The notes beneath the pieces were generated by a model. It saw nothing but the letters and a program-made list of their open reading frames with translations, made no database searches and was not told the DNA's origin. Below, piece by piece: positions 62,744 through 64,000 of a stretch of 64,000 bases of DNA. The DNA is from an uncultured Methanoregulaceae archaeon. GTDB lineage: Archaea > Halobacteriota > Methanomicrobia > Methanomicrobiales > Methanospirillaceae. The stretch spans positions 35,465 to 99,464 of the forward strand of contig CAWDSU010000001.1 in the NCBI GenBank assembly GCA_963805035.1. Reading direction: 5' to 3'. Made by a program: the position numbers and the translations under genes. Within the stretch, counting starts at the first letter, position 1. Every line of letters starts with the position of its first letter.

Positions 62744-62980
62744 TTTTTGTTATTTGGTGCGTGTAAGTATACGTTTTAATACGCGTTATGCGCGTGAAGG
62801 AGGGGGAGGGGAAGAACCGCATTACGACATATGATCCCTATCACCCGCAATGAACTCATGACCAGACGCGTTTATGTCCCCGGGATATCCGGGGAAGGCT
62901 ATTAAATTCTGCCGATGAATGTGTGATGATATCAGAACAGGCAGAAAATTTCTGATAAACTTCAGGTATGGACGTGTGAT

Positions 62981-63649
62981 ATGGGTAGTGTCTTAAAGGA
63001 TCTTCTGATCAATCCGGAACGGTTTTTCCGGCAGGTTCTCGGCGAGAAAGAACAGCTCAGGGTCCCAGGCCTCATCATTCTTGCGGGCGCGGTGGCAGCC
63101 GCGATATCCGGTTATTTTGCGGGAAGTCTTTCTGCCGGTATGATGGAACCGGTCCTGCAGGGAATGGAGCCGCTTATCGTGCTCGTGACCGTCGTCGCCA
63201 CATTCTTTGGGACGTTTATCGCATGGGTGGTGTGGGCAGGAGTGTTGTATCTCCTCTCCAAAATCTTTGGCGGGATGGGTAGTTTCTCCCATTGCCTCGA
63301 AGTAGTCGGTTACGGCTATGTGCCACAGGTCATCGGGGCGCTGGTGACGCTGTCAGCAGCACTTATCTATCTCCCGAAAGTGACCGTCCCTCGCCTCACT
63401 TCAGCAGCCGCGGGTGATCCCCAGATGATCAGGGAGGCCACGACGGTACTCATGCATGATCCCGCGATGGTCACGTTCACAGAGATCGCCACGGTGGTCT
63501 CGATCATCTTCCTCCTCTGGAGTGCAACCATCTGGATCTTCGGACTGAAACAGGCCCGCGACCTGTCCCTGAAGCATGCTGCGATCTGCGTGTGCGTCCC
63601 GGTGATCCTTTTTGTCATTTTCCAGGTCTACAGTCTGGCAGGAGTGTAA
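62981..63649 (+). CDS. Yip1-domain membrane protein
   Basis: LLINPERFF, FGG.GSF...LEVVGYGYVP, IWIFGLK.AR. Confidence 0.85.
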   Translation: MGSVLKDLLINPERFFRQVLGEKEQLRVPGLIILAGAVAAAISGYFAGSLSAGMMEPVLQGMEPLIVLVTVVATFFGTFIAWVVWAGVLYLLSKIFGGMGSFSHCLEVVGYGYVPQVIGALVTLSAALIYLPKVTVPRLTSAAAGDPQMIREATTVLMHDPAMVTFTEIATVVSIIFLLWSATIWIFGLKQARDLSLKHAAICVCVPVILFVIFQVYSLAGV

Positions 63650-64000
63650 ATGAAGATTTTCACCCTCGTTTTATTCCTCACCATAGCCATGCTTGCTGTG
63701 GTATGGGAAGCTTCAGCCATGGCTACACCCGACGAAATTGCAGCTGCCGATAATGTCTATATATCCAACGTGACCTATGATCCCGGTTCTTTTTTACCGG
63801 GGATACCGGAACAGTGACTGTTGCGGTCACCAACGGGAATGCCAACCTGAGCGAGGTCGCCAACCACGCTACATTTGGTTTCGACAACAGTTTCCAGCCT
63901 CACGAGCGGGAGCTATGATGCCTCCTCCAACATCGGCCCGCTCCAGACACGGACCTACACCTTTTCGGTGGTTACCCAGGCACCTGACGGCAGCTATTAC
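63650..64000 (+). CDS. Secreted S-layer/COG1361-like protein, 3'-partial, frameshift near 63800
   Basis: Signal peptide MKIFTLVLFL..ASA; VYISNVTYDP..GDTGTVTV.VTN; later IGP.QTRTYTFSV. Confidence 0.65.

Overview
Archaeal chromosomal segment, most likely from a hydrogenotrophic methanogen of the Methanomicrobiales (Methanoregula-like). This is inferred from cofD, tfrAB, archaeal aspS, rpl37e-LSm, an archaeal initiator tRNA and the archaeal mevalonate genes. Most of the window is housekeeping: an A/V-type ATP synthase cluster (K-E-C-F-A-B-D, with subunit I inverted and convergent), acnX/ubiD/ubiX, cofD, bacterial-type ruvCAB and radC, ppk2, aspS, a core methionine synthase, purF/purM, aspartokinase, thiol:fumarate reductase, a redox/oxidative-stress cluster, argCJB, acs with an acetate permease, and trpB2. 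About 18 single-base frameshifts interrupt conserved genes; they are best read as long-read assembly errors and appear to cluster at CCGG/GTAC. The least explained part is an AT-rich, CTAG-rich island (~24.8-28.3 kb) with no integrase. It encodes a 2H-phosphoesterase/calcineurin-like phosphatase fusion coupled to a Cys-rich CC1-like small protein, plus unannotated microproteins, and is bounded by palindromic repeat DNA. Other notable items are a head-to-head pair of 109-aa paralogs upstream of the ATPase operon, a possible -1 frameshift signal in a Trx-Trx-CcdA locus, and TrpY-like boxes before trpB2. All assignments come from motif recognition by eye; no database searches were run.
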